Part shown: positions 55,338-64,000 of the stretch, one piece after another
Layout of the letters: each line of letters opens with the position of its first letter
Numbering within the stretch: the first letter of the stretch is position 1
IMG/VR virus record: IMGVR_UViG_3300036391_000001
Span: 7,563 to 71,562 of that record
DNA length: 64,000 nt
Direction: 5' to 3' (one strand)
Source: a virus
Translations under genes and position numbers: made by a program
The notes under the pieces: model-generated
The model's input: only the letters and a program-made list of their open reading frames with translations
The model's database searches: none
Told to the model about the DNA's origin: nothing

Positions 55338-55381
55338 AAAACAGTCGCTTTGCTTTTCCGGGCATTAGGCGACTGTTTTTT
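55336..55381. terminator. Bidirectional hairpin terminator
   Basis: AAAAAACAGTCGC...GCGACTGTTTTTT. Confidence 0.65.
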
Positions 55382-55518
55382 AATTCCTTAATTCAATCCG
55401 CTTCTCAAGGGATTCGCAGTCCCAAAGAAGCCGCTCCAACCAATAGTCCGTAACCAGGCATTCGTAACTAGGCAATTCGTAGCCATCAATCCGAGCCATT
55501 CGCATCAGGACAAGCCCA

Positions 55519-55797
55519 ATGAAGCCGAAAGCCGATCGATTTCAACCCGACATGACCACAGCTAAAAGCCGCGCTTCATATCTATTTACAAGTGTAGTAC
55601 ATGGGATTCCGAACAAAACGTCACCCCAATCACCAAACCCCGCGATCGCGCTCAAAATCCGCCACCTTGCTCAGTTTCCTGGGCTAACCAACGTAGAGCG
55701 GGAGCTGGTTGCCTACTGGGACAGGCGCGGCTCCATCCCATCTCACCACTGGACATCCTTCGTCCACGTCTGGCGAAAGCATGGAGGGCAGCAATGA
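55519..55797 (+). CDS. Hypothetical protein
   Basis: Coupled to the next gene. Confidence 0.5.
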   Translation: MKPKADRFQPDMTTAKSRASYLFTSVVHGIPNKTSPQSPNPAIALKIRHLAQFPGLTNVERELVAYWDRRGSIPSHHWTSFVHVWRKHGGQQ

Positions 55798-55991
55798 ACG
55801 CCAAAGATCCAATCCCAAGAATCCGCTGCTGCTGCAAATGCCTCAAGCTCACCCACCTCTGGAAGCCTCGGCTGATTCAAGGCGGGAGAAGGCACTACAC
55901 GATCGCCGTTTGCACCCAGTGCATCAGCTGCATTCAGATTTCACGCTTACAGGAAGAGGCACATGGAAGAGTTGAAGAATTTATTGATTGA
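55794..55991 (+). CDS. Small Cys-rich (Zn-ribbon-like) protein
   Basis: CCCKC...CTQC. Confidence 0.45.
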   Translation: MNAKDPIPRIRCCCKCLKLTHLWKPRLIQGGRRHYTIAVCTQCISCIQISRLQEEAHGRVEEFID

Positions 55992-56346
55992 ATGGGCAGC
56001 GCTGGAGCCTACGCGGTGCTATCACCACAAAGATGATCTCTCGGAGGACTTTAGTGTTCACCGAGGCAAGACTCTCAACACGATTTGGGCAGTAAACCTT
56101 GGAGATATCAGCACGTCTGGGCTAGATACCCTTCAGGGAGCCATTCAGGAAGCGATCGCCTATCGGGGCTATTTATTCACCCTAGAGAGCGCTACAGACG
56201 GACTGCTCTATGCCAGGATTCGCGACAAGGTTTTTGCCAGCGGGGCAAAGGGCTGGTATGGGAAATCAACGGAAGGGGCGATCGCGCTTCTAGAGGCTTA
56301 TGTGGAGTGTTTGAAAGGGTTGGGGGTGTGGCATGAAAGAGCTTGA
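55963..56346 (+). CDS. Hypothetical protein, paralogue of 56333
   Basis: LQGAIQE and AIALL.AYV.CL shared with the next gene. Confidence 0.65.
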   Translation: MEELKNLLIEWAALEPTRCYHHKDDLSEDFSVHRGKTLNTIWAVNLGDISTSGLDTLQGAIQEAIAYRGYLFTLESATDGLLYARIRDKVFASGAKGWYGKSTEGAIALLEAYVECLKGLGVWHERA

Positions 56347-56740
56347 ACGCACTGAACACGAACTCCTTGAAAGCCTTTTGAAGGACTGCGCAGAACTGGA
56401 AGAGGGCGAAAGTTTCATTGCACAGACACCATCTGGAGACTTTGGTGTACAGCGAGGTGAAGAATTTCATACGGTTTGGGCAAAAAATCAACCCATTACC
56501 TGCATCGACATGGACGTGCTTCAGGGAGCCATTCAAGAAGAGAGATGGCTGATGGGTCACGAGTTCCTGATAGCCATATTCTCAGGCGGATATCATGCTC
56601 GACTCACACTAGAACGCAGTCAGGGTGAAACATCCTCTTGGGAAGCCAAAGCAGAGAGGGCAGCGATCGCGTTGCTAACGGTTTATGTGGCGTGTTTGAC
56701 GAGTGTTGATAGCGAGGAGGAGACTGATGAACGCTTATAA
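56333..56740 (+). CDS. Hypothetical protein, paralogue of 55963
   Basis: LQGAIQE, AIALLTVYVACL. Confidence 0.65.
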   Translation: MKELERTEHELLESLLKDCAELEEGESFIAQTPSGDFGVQRGEEFHTVWAKNQPITCIDMDVLQGAIQEERWLMGHEFLIAIFSGGYHARLTLERSQGETSSWEAKAERAAIALLTVYVACLTSVDSEEETDERL

Positions 56741-59700
56741 CCTGCAAGAAACAGCCTTAGAAGCCTCTAAATCAACTCCTTGTCCACTTTGCGGTCACGA
56801 TCACTACTGCTACTTAGTGCAGAACGATCGCGGTGACATCTTCAAAGCCATTTGCCAATGGACAGGCGAAGCTCCGGAAGGATGGGATAAGACAGGTGTT
56901 GCTAAAGACGGCAGGGGAAAGTTTGTCAGGCGAGGTTTTCAACGCTTTAAGCGGAAACACTACCCCGACTATGTGCAGCTCACGCCACAGGAGAAGTCTG
57001 ACATCCCTCAATGGAAGGACTACCTGCTGGGTATGTCAGGCGATCCGGCTCCCTTAGCCAAAAACGGTAAAGCCTACGAAATGGCGATCGATTATCTTTA
57101 CCCCGACGAACAGGGACAACCATCGGGCAAAGTAGTTCGCATTCAGTGGAGCGATCGCCGTCGCGCCTACGACAACAACCGAAAGACTAAGATGGTTCGC
57201 CCTTGGCATTGGGTACACCACACTGAGGGCGGTTTTTGGTCAGATCGGGGTAAGGGCGATAAGACATGGACGCTCTACCGGGAATCTGAAGCTAAAGAAG
57301 AGATTTTGCGGGGCGGTATTGTTTTTGCCGTTGGCGGTGAACAGGCAGTTGAAGCCTACCGAGAGCTGGGGCTAACGGCTACCACATGCCAGGGCGGAGA
57401 AGCCAACTGGCGAGAGATTGTTATCCGACTGAAAGACACCTTTGCGATCGCCAGAAGGGACGGGCTGAAGCCGATTTTGGTCATTCATCCAGACTACGAC
57501 CTGACTGGGGAAAGCAAGTTTGGAGAGCTACAGAGAGAGTGCGATTTTGCACGCGTTTCCGCCGTTTCTTTAGAGCCGCCTACTCTGTGGGCAGAAATGC
57601 CCGCCGGGGGAGACATCTGGGATCTAGTTCATCTCTCTGGATTGCCTCAAGACACTATTCTTCGCTCCCTAGAAACTGCCATTGATGAAGCGATCGATCA
57701 CCAAGAGAGCGAAATTGTCGCACGCCAGCAGCGCGATCGCTGGCAAGCTCCTGAGGTTTATAGAGGCGAGTTGGGCTATTGGAAGGAGACGAAGGAAGAG
57801 GGAGAAGTTGTTGGCAGGTTTTTTAAACCTCAAGCTGACTTTGACTTTCAGGTTGAACGCGAACTCATCAGCGAAGATGGCGGTGGTCTGGTCTTGCAGG
57901 TCAAGAGAGCAGACGAACCCACACAGCGCCGGGTTTTTCTCAAGTCGAGCGACTACAGCACCGTTCAAAAATTCACTGATGCACTCAAGCGCTCATTGGG
58001 TGGAGGGGTAGTTTGCAATTTATCGAGCTATTCACTTCAGGCATTAATCCGGGTAAGGCTGCATGAATACCGCATCACCCGACATGGCAAAGCCTATCGA
58101 TTGGTCGATCGCGTGGGGCAGCAGCCGGATGGAATCTGGGTGTTTAAGCAATCTCAGTTCACCAAAGACGGAGAACCTACTAAAGAAGAGCAGTCTCTCT
58201 GGGTCTGGAATCCAGAGATTACGGGCGATGATGCCCACTTCAGATCTCCGGTGATTGCTCCTCAAGACCCCCAGGCACTGCGAAACCTGGTGCAAACCAT
58301 GCACCGGGCTTTTGGCAGCAACTTTGCTCCCGCTCTTTTGACTCTGGGCTACGGCGCGGCTGGAATCCACTATCAGGAAATTCAGGAGAAGGAAGGCGCG
58401 TTCCCCATCCTCAATCTCTACGGCGATCCGGGCAGCGGTAAAACCACCGCCGCTGAATGCGCCCTATCCCTAGCAGGGCAGCAAAAGGAGGGCATGATGG
58501 TCGAAGTGTCCGTTAGTGCTGCTTACGAGCGTCTGAAGCTGGCAGGAGGGCTGCTGCACTGCTTAGACGACCCCAAGCGCGATGATTCGTTAGACGAATT
58601 CCTTAAGGGTTTCTACAACGCTAAGGCGAGGGTAGTTAGAGGCAAAGATAATTCAGGGTTTAACACCCAGAAACCCCACAGTCCGCTGATGGTCACTTCA
58701 AATCATGCTTGCGGTGAGAATAGTGCTGCCACTCAGTCGCGTCTAGTCCGACTGTTTTTCCCTAAAGTGCAGGATGGCGACGCGGCTGCATTTCGAGAGC
58801 TGCCGAATATCCAGGCGATCGCTTCTGGTTGCTTCACACAGATGCTGCAACTGGGCTATCCCGCACAAGAGGTGTATGCCCTAGAGCAGGAGCTAGCCGC
58901 CCAAATCCCCAATGCTCACCTACGAATTGCCAAATCTTTAGCCCTCTTGCTCTGCTATGCCATGAAGGTGGCAGAGCTGGCAGGCATCGACTCCGCCCCT
59001 CTAAAGCACTACGTTTTTGAAACGGTCTGCGCCCAGGTCAACGACCCCGACGAAAGCGGCGACAGCCTAAGAGACTTTCTTGAGAAAGTCTTCTCACTGG
59101 ACTCAGAAGCAAAAATCGGTGAATGGAATTGCCGCTGGATTGAGAAAAAGGAGGATGGCAGCCGAGCGTTGGCAATCTATCTGCCTGGAGTCTGGACAGC
59201 CCTCGACCGAGAGTACAAAGTTTCCTACAACCGGAAGATTATTGAGTCCTTGCTCCTGAGCAAGGGGTTGAGAAAAACCCGATCGAATTTTCATGCCGAT
59301 GAAGATCAGAGCCGCGCATACAAGCGGGCCAAATTAACGGCTGCTGACAGCAGCTTGGTCAATCCTCCAGAGCGAACCCAAAGATGGTCGTATGAATTGC
59401 CTGAGTCGCTCTTGAGGGAATACAGCGAAAAGAGTGGAAGCGAAAAAAGATCATCAAGATCATCAGAGCTTGAAAAAGAGCCTGAAACCCTTATGAGCAC
59501 TGGGGCTTTCTCTGATGATCTAAAAGATCATCAGAGATCATCAGAGATCATCAACCCCAGTCCTGATGATCTTTTGGATGGGGCTGATGATCTTTTGATG
59601 ATCGAAAAGATCATCAGCGATTGTCAGCCTCCAGAGCAGGTTTCAGCCTCTAAAACACCCTCTGATGATCTTGATGATCTAGAAAATGCAAAAGCTCAAC

Positions 59701-59942
59701 TGGCACATTCAGCACCCCAACTGGCACAGCCCCATTTAGACCCGATCGATCCCTCCGTTTTCGGTGCCGACTGTGAAGTGCTGGTCGGAGAGTACTGGGT
59801 AGGCGGCAAATACCTTCGAGAAACCAATCGGATGAGGATGTCGCCTCTAAATCGCACCTTAGAACCCACCCACAAGGTGCAAACCAAGGCAGGCAACATT
59901 GAAGTCACCGACTCGGAGCTGCGGAGGACTGATGCAACTTGA
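56727..59942 (+). CDS. Primase-helicase (Zn finger, TOPRIM, P-loop NTPase)
   Basis: CPLCGH..YC; AVGGE and DYD TOPRIM acids; GDPGSGKTT Walker A, CLDD Walker B. Confidence 0.88.
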   Translation: MNAYNLQETALEASKSTPCPLCGHDHYCYLVQNDRGDIFKAICQWTGEAPEGWDKTGVAKDGRGKFVRRGFQRFKRKHYPDYVQLTPQEKSDIPQWKDYLLGMSGDPAPLAKNGKAYEMAIDYLYPDEQGQPSGKVVRIQWSDRRRAYDNNRKTKMVRPWHWVHHTEGGFWSDRGKGDKTWTLYRESEAKEEILRGGIVFAVGGEQAVEAYRELGLTATTCQGGEANWREIVIRLKDTFAIARRDGLKPILVIHPDYDLTGESKFGELQRECDFARVSAVSLEPPTLWAEMPAGGDIWDLVHLSGLPQDTILRSLETAIDEAIDHQESEIVARQQRDRWQAPEVYRGELGYWKETKEEGEVVGRFFKPQADFDFQVERELISEDGGGLVLQVKRADEPTQRRVFLKSSDYSTVQKFTDALKRSLGGGVVCNLSSYSLQALIRVRLHEYRITRHGKAYRLVDRVGQQPDGIWVFKQSQFTKDGEPTKEEQSLWVWNPEITGDDAHFRSPVIAPQDPQALRNLVQTMHRAFGSNFAPALLTLGYGAAGIHYQEIQEKEGAFPILNLYGDPGSGKTTAAECALSLAGQQKEGMMVEVSVSAAYERLKLAGGLLHCLDDPKRDDSLDEFLKGFYNAKARVVRGKDNSGFNTQKPHSPLMVTSNHACGENSAATQSRLVRLFFPKVQDGDAAAFRELPNIQAIASGCFTQMLQLGYPAQEVYALEQELAAQIPNAHLRIAKSLALLLCYAMKVAELAGIDSAPLKHYVFETVCAQVNDPDESGDSLRDFLEKVFSLDSEAKIGEWNCRWIEKKEDGSRALAIYLPGVWTALDREYKVSYNRKIIESLLLSKGLRKTRSNFHADEDQSRAYKRAKLTAADSSLVNPPERTQRWSYELPESLLREYSEKSGSEKRSSRSSELEKEPETLMSTGAFSDDLKDHQRSSEIINPSPDDLLDGADDLLMIEKIISDCQPPEQVSASKTPSDDLDDLENAKAQLAHSAPQLAQPHLDPIDPSVFGADCEVLVGEYWVGGKYLRETNRMRMSPLNRTLEPTHKVQTKAGNIEVTDSELRRTDAT
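59448..59680. repeat. Iteron-like AGATCATCA/TGATGATCT cluster (candidate replication origin)
   Basis: Six forward and five reverse exact copies plus one variant within about 230 bp. Confidence 0.85.
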
Positions 59943-60192
59943 CCTGCTTACCTACCAGCCCAGCCCGGAAGAAATGACGATCGCCGCTAATCCTTCAAGC
60001 CCGGTTGCCCCACCCGCAAACCAACACGCGATTGCTTGGCAGGAGGCAAAAGCCGCCTATTACCTACGTCTGATGAGCCGCTTTGTGGGCACAGGACGCT
60101 TATCCACAGAGGTGAACCAACGCGAAATCAGTCGCCTATTTGCTATGCGCCTAGCTGCTCTAGAGGAACTCAGGAGGCTGCGAGGTGAATGA
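59932..60192 (+). CDS. Hypothetical protein
   Basis: Overlaps the primase stop. Confidence 0.5.
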   Translation: MQLDLLTYQPSPEEMTIAANPSSPVAPPANQHAIAWQEAKAAYYLRLMSRFVGTGRLSTEVNQREISRLFAMRLAALEELRRLRGE

Positions 60193-60349
60193 ACCCTGCC
60201 CCAAATGCACTGCCACAGAGACGATCGCCCTCATCGTTCCCGGCGGTGGCATCCAGACCCGGTGTGCAGAGTGCGATCGCTTCCTCTCATGGCAAGAGCT
60301 ACCCAAATCAATCAAGAAGAAAGGAGAAAAATAATCATGGTGGCAACTG

Positions 60350-60565
60350 GTGAAACGCGCAGAACTACCGCAAAACACCGAAGAGGGACGAAAGCTACTG
60401 GCGATCGTCAAGCAGTATCCAGGCATCACGACAGCTCAGATCATCTTGGAGACGCAGGGCAACCCGACAACGACCCGGCGAAAGCTCGATCGACTGGCGG
60501 GGCAGGGGATGTTGACTCGAACGGGGAAGCGACCGCACAAGTGGTATCTGAGGAGGCAGGGGTAG
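60350..60565 (+). CDS. Small winged-HTH protein
   Basis: PGITTAQI...TTRRKLDRLAGQGMLTR. Confidence 0.65.
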   Translation: MKRAELPQNTEEGRKLLAIVKQYPGITTAQIILETQGNPTTTRRKLDRLAGQGMLTRTGKRPHKWYLRRQG

Positions 60566-61941
60566 GCGGCTTCAGCGAGGGCGATCGCATCCGTGCCCAA
60601 TCTAATCGGGGTGAGGCGATCGAGGGCATCATCACCAGCCTAGGACGCACCTATGCTCAGCTCGACAACCATAAGAACCGCATTGCTCTTCTAGAAAGCG
60701 CTCAACTGGTTAAGGCTCAAGCTGTGCCAGAAGAGCTGCTTAGCTTAGTGGGCAAGGAGTGGAATGAGCAGGTTGATGAACTGCTAGAGGATCATCGCTT
60801 CTACAGCCTCAACGCCTGGTCTGGGGCAAAGCGATCGAAATCCCACACAACCTACAAGGGCTGGGATATCGGATTCCACAAGGATGCAGAGTTTGATATC
60901 ACCAAGGATGAGTACACCTGGTATGCCAAGCGGAAGGATCTACCACAGATAAAGGGCGATAAAGAAACCCTGGATTACTGCCATGAGGCGATCGACTCTG
61001 TAGAAGAGAGGCTGGCGGCGCTGGCTGAATGCTTGAAGGTTGACACGCTGACCGAGCTGTTGCAGCAGGTGGCTCAAGATTTTGAGGGCATGGCGATCGC
61101 CCCTTCAGCTCCTACGCATGAGCTAGCCACCAAACCTAGCGCCTTTGCCGAAGCCTACGAAGCCGAAGCGCAGCAGCTGGTCTGCCTCATCACCCTTGCC
61201 TCAGACATCAAAGCCGCCCACGGAGATTGTGAGCAAGCCCTGACGATCGCCCAGAGTGCTGAATCCAGCGCCCTGGAACACGGTCGGAGATGTGGCGAAC
61301 TGCTGCTAGCGGCAAAAGCGGCAAACGGGCACGGCGGCTGGGAGAAGTGGCGCAATGAGAATACAGGTATTGCTTCTAGTACAGCCAGTCTCTATCAGCG
61401 AGTCTACGAGCACTGGGATGAGATTCAGGAGTTGGAAATTACCTCGCTAAAGGGAGCCGATCGCCACTTCCGGGAAAGCAAAAAGCAGCTCAAGGCAAAT
61501 CCCCAGACCTCTGCGGAATTGTCAGCCTCCCCATCGCTGCCTCCAGTGGGCACCAAGCTAGAGGGCAGGAATGGAACCGTAGCTGAAGTCGTAACTCACG
61601 ATGGAGCGCTAGCGGTGGTTAACTCCAGAGACGGTGGCACCATGACTTCATCTCGCCTTACCGCCGGGGAGATCGGGCAGATATATCAGGCGGCTGCGGA
61701 GAAGGGCGATCGCTCGGAGGTGGCAGAGCTGGAGCAGTCTCAACCCAAAGCTAAGAAGGTCAAGGTTGGGCCTGGACATTTGAGGGCGATCGCCATTGAG
61801 CAGTCGTCTTCTGCCTTCAAGCTACTGAGTGGAATGAAAGGGAATTTGCCAGAAGAGGTTGACCTGATGGCTGTTGCCGACGCTTTGGAAGAGGCAATTA
61901 TGTCCGTTTTGGAAGAGCTGATTTTAGGGGAGGAAGGCTGA
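60541..61941 (+). CDS. DUF3102-domain protein (start uncertain)
   Basis: GELLLAAKA..GHGGWEKW..EN..I..STA.LY signature. Confidence 0.75.
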   Translation: MVSEEAGVGGFSEGDRIRAQSNRGEAIEGIITSLGRTYAQLDNHKNRIALLESAQLVKAQAVPEELLSLVGKEWNEQVDELLEDHRFYSLNAWSGAKRSKSHTTYKGWDIGFHKDAEFDITKDEYTWYAKRKDLPQIKGDKETLDYCHEAIDSVEERLAALAECLKVDTLTELLQQVAQDFEGMAIAPSAPTHELATKPSAFAEAYEAEAQQLVCLITLASDIKAAHGDCEQALTIAQSAESSALEHGRRCGELLLAAKAANGHGGWEKWRNENTGIASSTASLYQRVYEHWDEIQELEITSLKGADRHFRESKKQLKANPQTSAELSASPSLPPVGTKLEGRNGTVAEVVTHDGALAVVNSRDGGTMTSSRLTAGEIGQIYQAAAEKGDRSEVAELEQSQPKAKKVKVGPGHLRAIAIEQSSSAFKLLSGMKGNLPEEVDLMAVADALEEAIMSVLEELILGEEG

Positions 61942-62519
61942 TGGAGATTCGTATTATTTCGCTGCATCAGCCTTGGGCTTTGCTGGTAGCGATGAATTTG
62001 AAACGGTTTGAAACGCGAAGTTGGGCAACGCCCTACCGGGGCAAGCTGGCTATTCATGCAGCCAAGCGCTCAGTTGATTCGGATGGGTTTCTTCTGATCA
62101 GGAAAGCTTTTGAACTGGATGGCAGAGATTTTCAGCAAGAGCAAGGCTGGGTTGAAGGTCTTCAATTTGGCTGCATTCTGGCGATCGCTGACCTCACCGA
62201 TTGTCTGCTAATGGAGTCTCATCCCAAGATAGGAGCCTACTACGTTGAGCAAAATATCACATTGCACGCTCAAGGCAAGCCAAACGCGATCATCATTGAA
62301 ACCGCTTCAGACCTAGAACGCGCCGTCGGAGACTGGCGACCAGGGCGCTATGCCTGGAAGCTGGAGAACATTCGCCCGATCGCCAATCCCATTTACTACC
62401 GAGGCAGGCAGGGGCTAACCATCATTCGAGAGCCGATGGTGGTGCAGCAGATTGAGGAGCAGCTTGCACTAACCGATCGCATTGAGCAGCAGTTGCAAGC
62501 CATTAAGGAGGCGGTCTGA
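61941..62519 (+). CDS. ASCH domain protein
   Basis: ISLHQPWA, KRFETRSW, YRGKLAIHA, YAWKLEN..PI..P..RGRQGL. Confidence 0.9.
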   Translation: MEIRIISLHQPWALLVAMNLKRFETRSWATPYRGKLAIHAAKRSVDSDGFLLIRKAFELDGRDFQQEQGWVEGLQFGCILAIADLTDCLLMESHPKIGAYYVEQNITLHAQGKPNAIIIETASDLERAVGDWRPGRYAWKLENIRPIANPIYYRGRQGLTIIREPMVVQQIEEQLALTDRIEQQLQAIKEAV

Positions 62520-62520
62520 T

Positions 62521-62826
62521 ATGCCGATGACCTACGACGAAATCCTGACCAAGATTGGCACGAGCCAAATCCCGATCGAATTCGCCACTACGCCCGGTAG
62601 AGCCTTCATTCTCATTGCCCAGTTGCAGCTCGCTTTGAGATGTCCAGGTAACACGGGTGAAAGCGCAGCGATCGCACTCCAAATCATTGAGGGCTTAACG
62701 AACGCTATTTGCTTCCATATCCCAGAAGCCAGAGAGCTGATTGAGCAGGGTCAGAACCCTGCCTATGACGTGACGAGAGATTACTTTGAGGCTGAATTTC
62801 CGTCTAAGGGAGGCGATCGCTCATGA
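62521..62826 (+). CDS. Hypothetical protein
   Basis: LQLALR.PGN.G motif; operon spacing. Confidence 0.55.
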   Translation: MPMTYDEILTKIGTSQIPIEFATTPGRAFILIAQLQLALRCPGNTGESAAIALQIIEGLTNAICFHIPEARELIEQGQNPAYDVTRDYFEAEFPSKGGDRS

Positions 62827-63095
62827 GAGATTTTTCAATGCCCAAAAGTTCTTGTCCGTGGTGTGGGTACGAAATGGATGCTTGCACTGCTCCGTCTGGA
62901 CTGGACTCTCCCGGCCCTGGAGATTTATCGATTTGTATTCAATGCTCTGGATTTCTGGTGTTTGATGTAGCTCTAAAACTTCAAAAATTAGAGCCAGAAC
63001 AAGAGTTTCAGCTTGCCTTGAAAGATCCAGCAGCCTATGCAGAGTTAATGAAACTCCGATCGAGTGTTCGGGAGATTAAGGAGGGCACCCCATGA
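62823..63095 (+). CDS. Zn-ribbon hypothetical protein
   Basis: CPWCG...CIQC. Confidence 0.6.
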   Translation: MRDFSMPKSSCPWCGYEMDACTAPSGLDSPGPGDLSICIQCSGFLVFDVALKLQKLEPEQEFQLALKDPAAYAELMKLRSSVREIKEGTP

Positions 63096-63406
63096 GCCAA
63101 CCCCGCCTCTACAACACCCAAGCAGCCCCTCAAAGACGATCGCTCCTACCCGCCGCACAGCCTCAGCGCCCCATTCCTATGGATGCCAAGCTCTACAGCA
63201 TCAAGGAAGCCTCTCACCTGCTTACAGAGCGCTATGGCGAGGGTTATAGCGAATCGGCAATCCGTCAGCTCATCGCTAGCGCCGACTGGATAGAGGGCGT
63301 TCACTGGGCAGACAGGAGGCGGAAAGGTGGCAAGTATCGCCGCCCCAAGGTTTACCTAGAAGCTGTGCAGCGGTGGCAGGTCGCTAGAGTCAGCGATCGC
63401 CCCTAA
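63092..63406 (+). CDS. Excisionase-like HTH protein
   Basis: LYSIKEA...WIEGVHW.D.R...Y.RPKVYL; converges on the integrase. Confidence 0.7.
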   Translation: MSQPRLYNTQAAPQRRSLLPAAQPQRPIPMDAKLYSIKEASHLLTERYGEGYSESAIRQLIASADWIEGVHWADRRRKGGKYRRPKVYLEAVQRWQVARVSDRP

Positions 63407-64000
63407 TCTCTTAAAATCCTTTTCGCAACATCTAAATACACCTGATCACCTATCCATCTTCGATAAGTGATCAGGTGTATTTTCAATGAATGGCCCATTA
63501 AATGAGCGGCAACATCTGGAGGAATCGATCGCTCCACGGCTCTACGCGCCCAGCAATGGCGCAGATCGTAAGCTCTAAAGGGGATCGGATGATTAAGGAA
63601 AAACCTAGAAATCTTTCCCCCTAACTTGATATTCGATTCAGTCCCGTCGATCGTGATACCGGGCATTCTGGGCTTGTCTAATCCCCAATCGATCGCCCAT
63701 TGGGGTTGCAGAGCGACGGCATACCTACCTCCGGTTTTAGTTTCATCCTTCACTCGGATGTCTGGAAATTTCTCCAGATTGACGTGGAAAACCTCGTGAG
63801 GACGCAACCCATAGGCGGCAATCATGCCGTAGATCCAAGCCCATTGCGGCTGATGTTCCACTAGCCAGCCTCGCCACTGGACGATCGCCTCATCACTAGG
63901 CAGATCCCGCTGAGCAGCCGACATGAAATTGCTGTAGCTGCCTTTCATTCGCCGGATGCCTTCAGCTTCAAGCCCAGCAAACTTAGCTAGGGCTGCATAG
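63403..64000 (-). CDS. int: Phage tyrosine integrase, C-terminal catalytic part (frame open to the window edge)
   Basis: YGLRPHE, YDLRHCWA, LMGHS..IH..TY. Confidence 0.9.
   Translation of the reverse strand, partial: YAALAKFAGLEAEGIRRMKGSYSNFMSAAQRDLPSDEAIVQWRGWLVEHQPQWAWIYGMIAAYGLRPHEVFHVNLEKFPDIRVKDETKTGGRYAVALQPQWAIDWGLDKPRMPGITIDGTESNIKLGGKISRFFLNHPIPFRAYDLRHCWARRAVERSIPPDVAAHLMGHSLKIHLITYRRWIGDQVYLDVAKRILRD

Larger units (their letters stand above)
1..64000. mobile_element. Temperate cyanophage / prophage (partial; continues beyond both edges)
   Basis: Tape measure, tail, terS/terL, cI/cro-like switch, primase-helicase, xis and integrase all present; dense HIP1 (GCGATCGC) points to a cyanobacterial host. 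Confidence 0.93.

Noticed and set aside
60205-60540. N-terminal extension of the 578-aa ORF
   Set aside because: It overlaps a more plausible winged-HTH gene (60350) and a small Cys-rich ORF; a later start is preferred
1-64000. tRNA, rRNA, tmRNA, reverse transcriptase/DGR/retron, capsid or portal genes
   Set aside because: None recognisable by eye; head genes probably lie outside the window (not verifiable here)

Overview
The whole window looks like the right-hand part of a large temperate cyanophage (prophage) in a HIP1-rich cyanobacterium: GCGATCGC is very frequent, and HU, NblA and the intergenic style are cyanobacterial. From left to right: tail-fibre and tail genes with a 1419-aa tape-measure protein (siphovirus-like, no sheath seen); a Xer-type recombinase; neck genes on the minus strand; a terS-HU-ParB-nblA-ParB-radical SAM operon; a Schlafen/AlbA_2 moron; an ArdC/beta-clamp-ASCH operon; terL; a PIN moron with 75-bp repeats; a 7.6-kb module (FtsK-like ATPase, repeat cluster, membrane proteins, M23/lysozyme) bracketed by inverted duplicated XRE modules; a GGDEF gene; a methylase-Mrr fusion; the immunity switch; a primase-helicase with internal iterons; ASCH, xis and a tyrosine integrase cut by the window edge. 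No capsid or portal gene is recognisable, so they are probably left of the window. The best candidates for undescribed systems are (1) a TraB/clt-like DNA-translocation module inside the prophage, (2) a two-receiver cassette bounded by 13-8-13 recombination-like loci, and (3) the ParB-NblA-ParB-rSAM operon attached to packaging genes. All protein family calls come from motif recognition by eye; no database searches were run. No tRNA, rRNA, CRISPR array or reverse transcriptase was seen.
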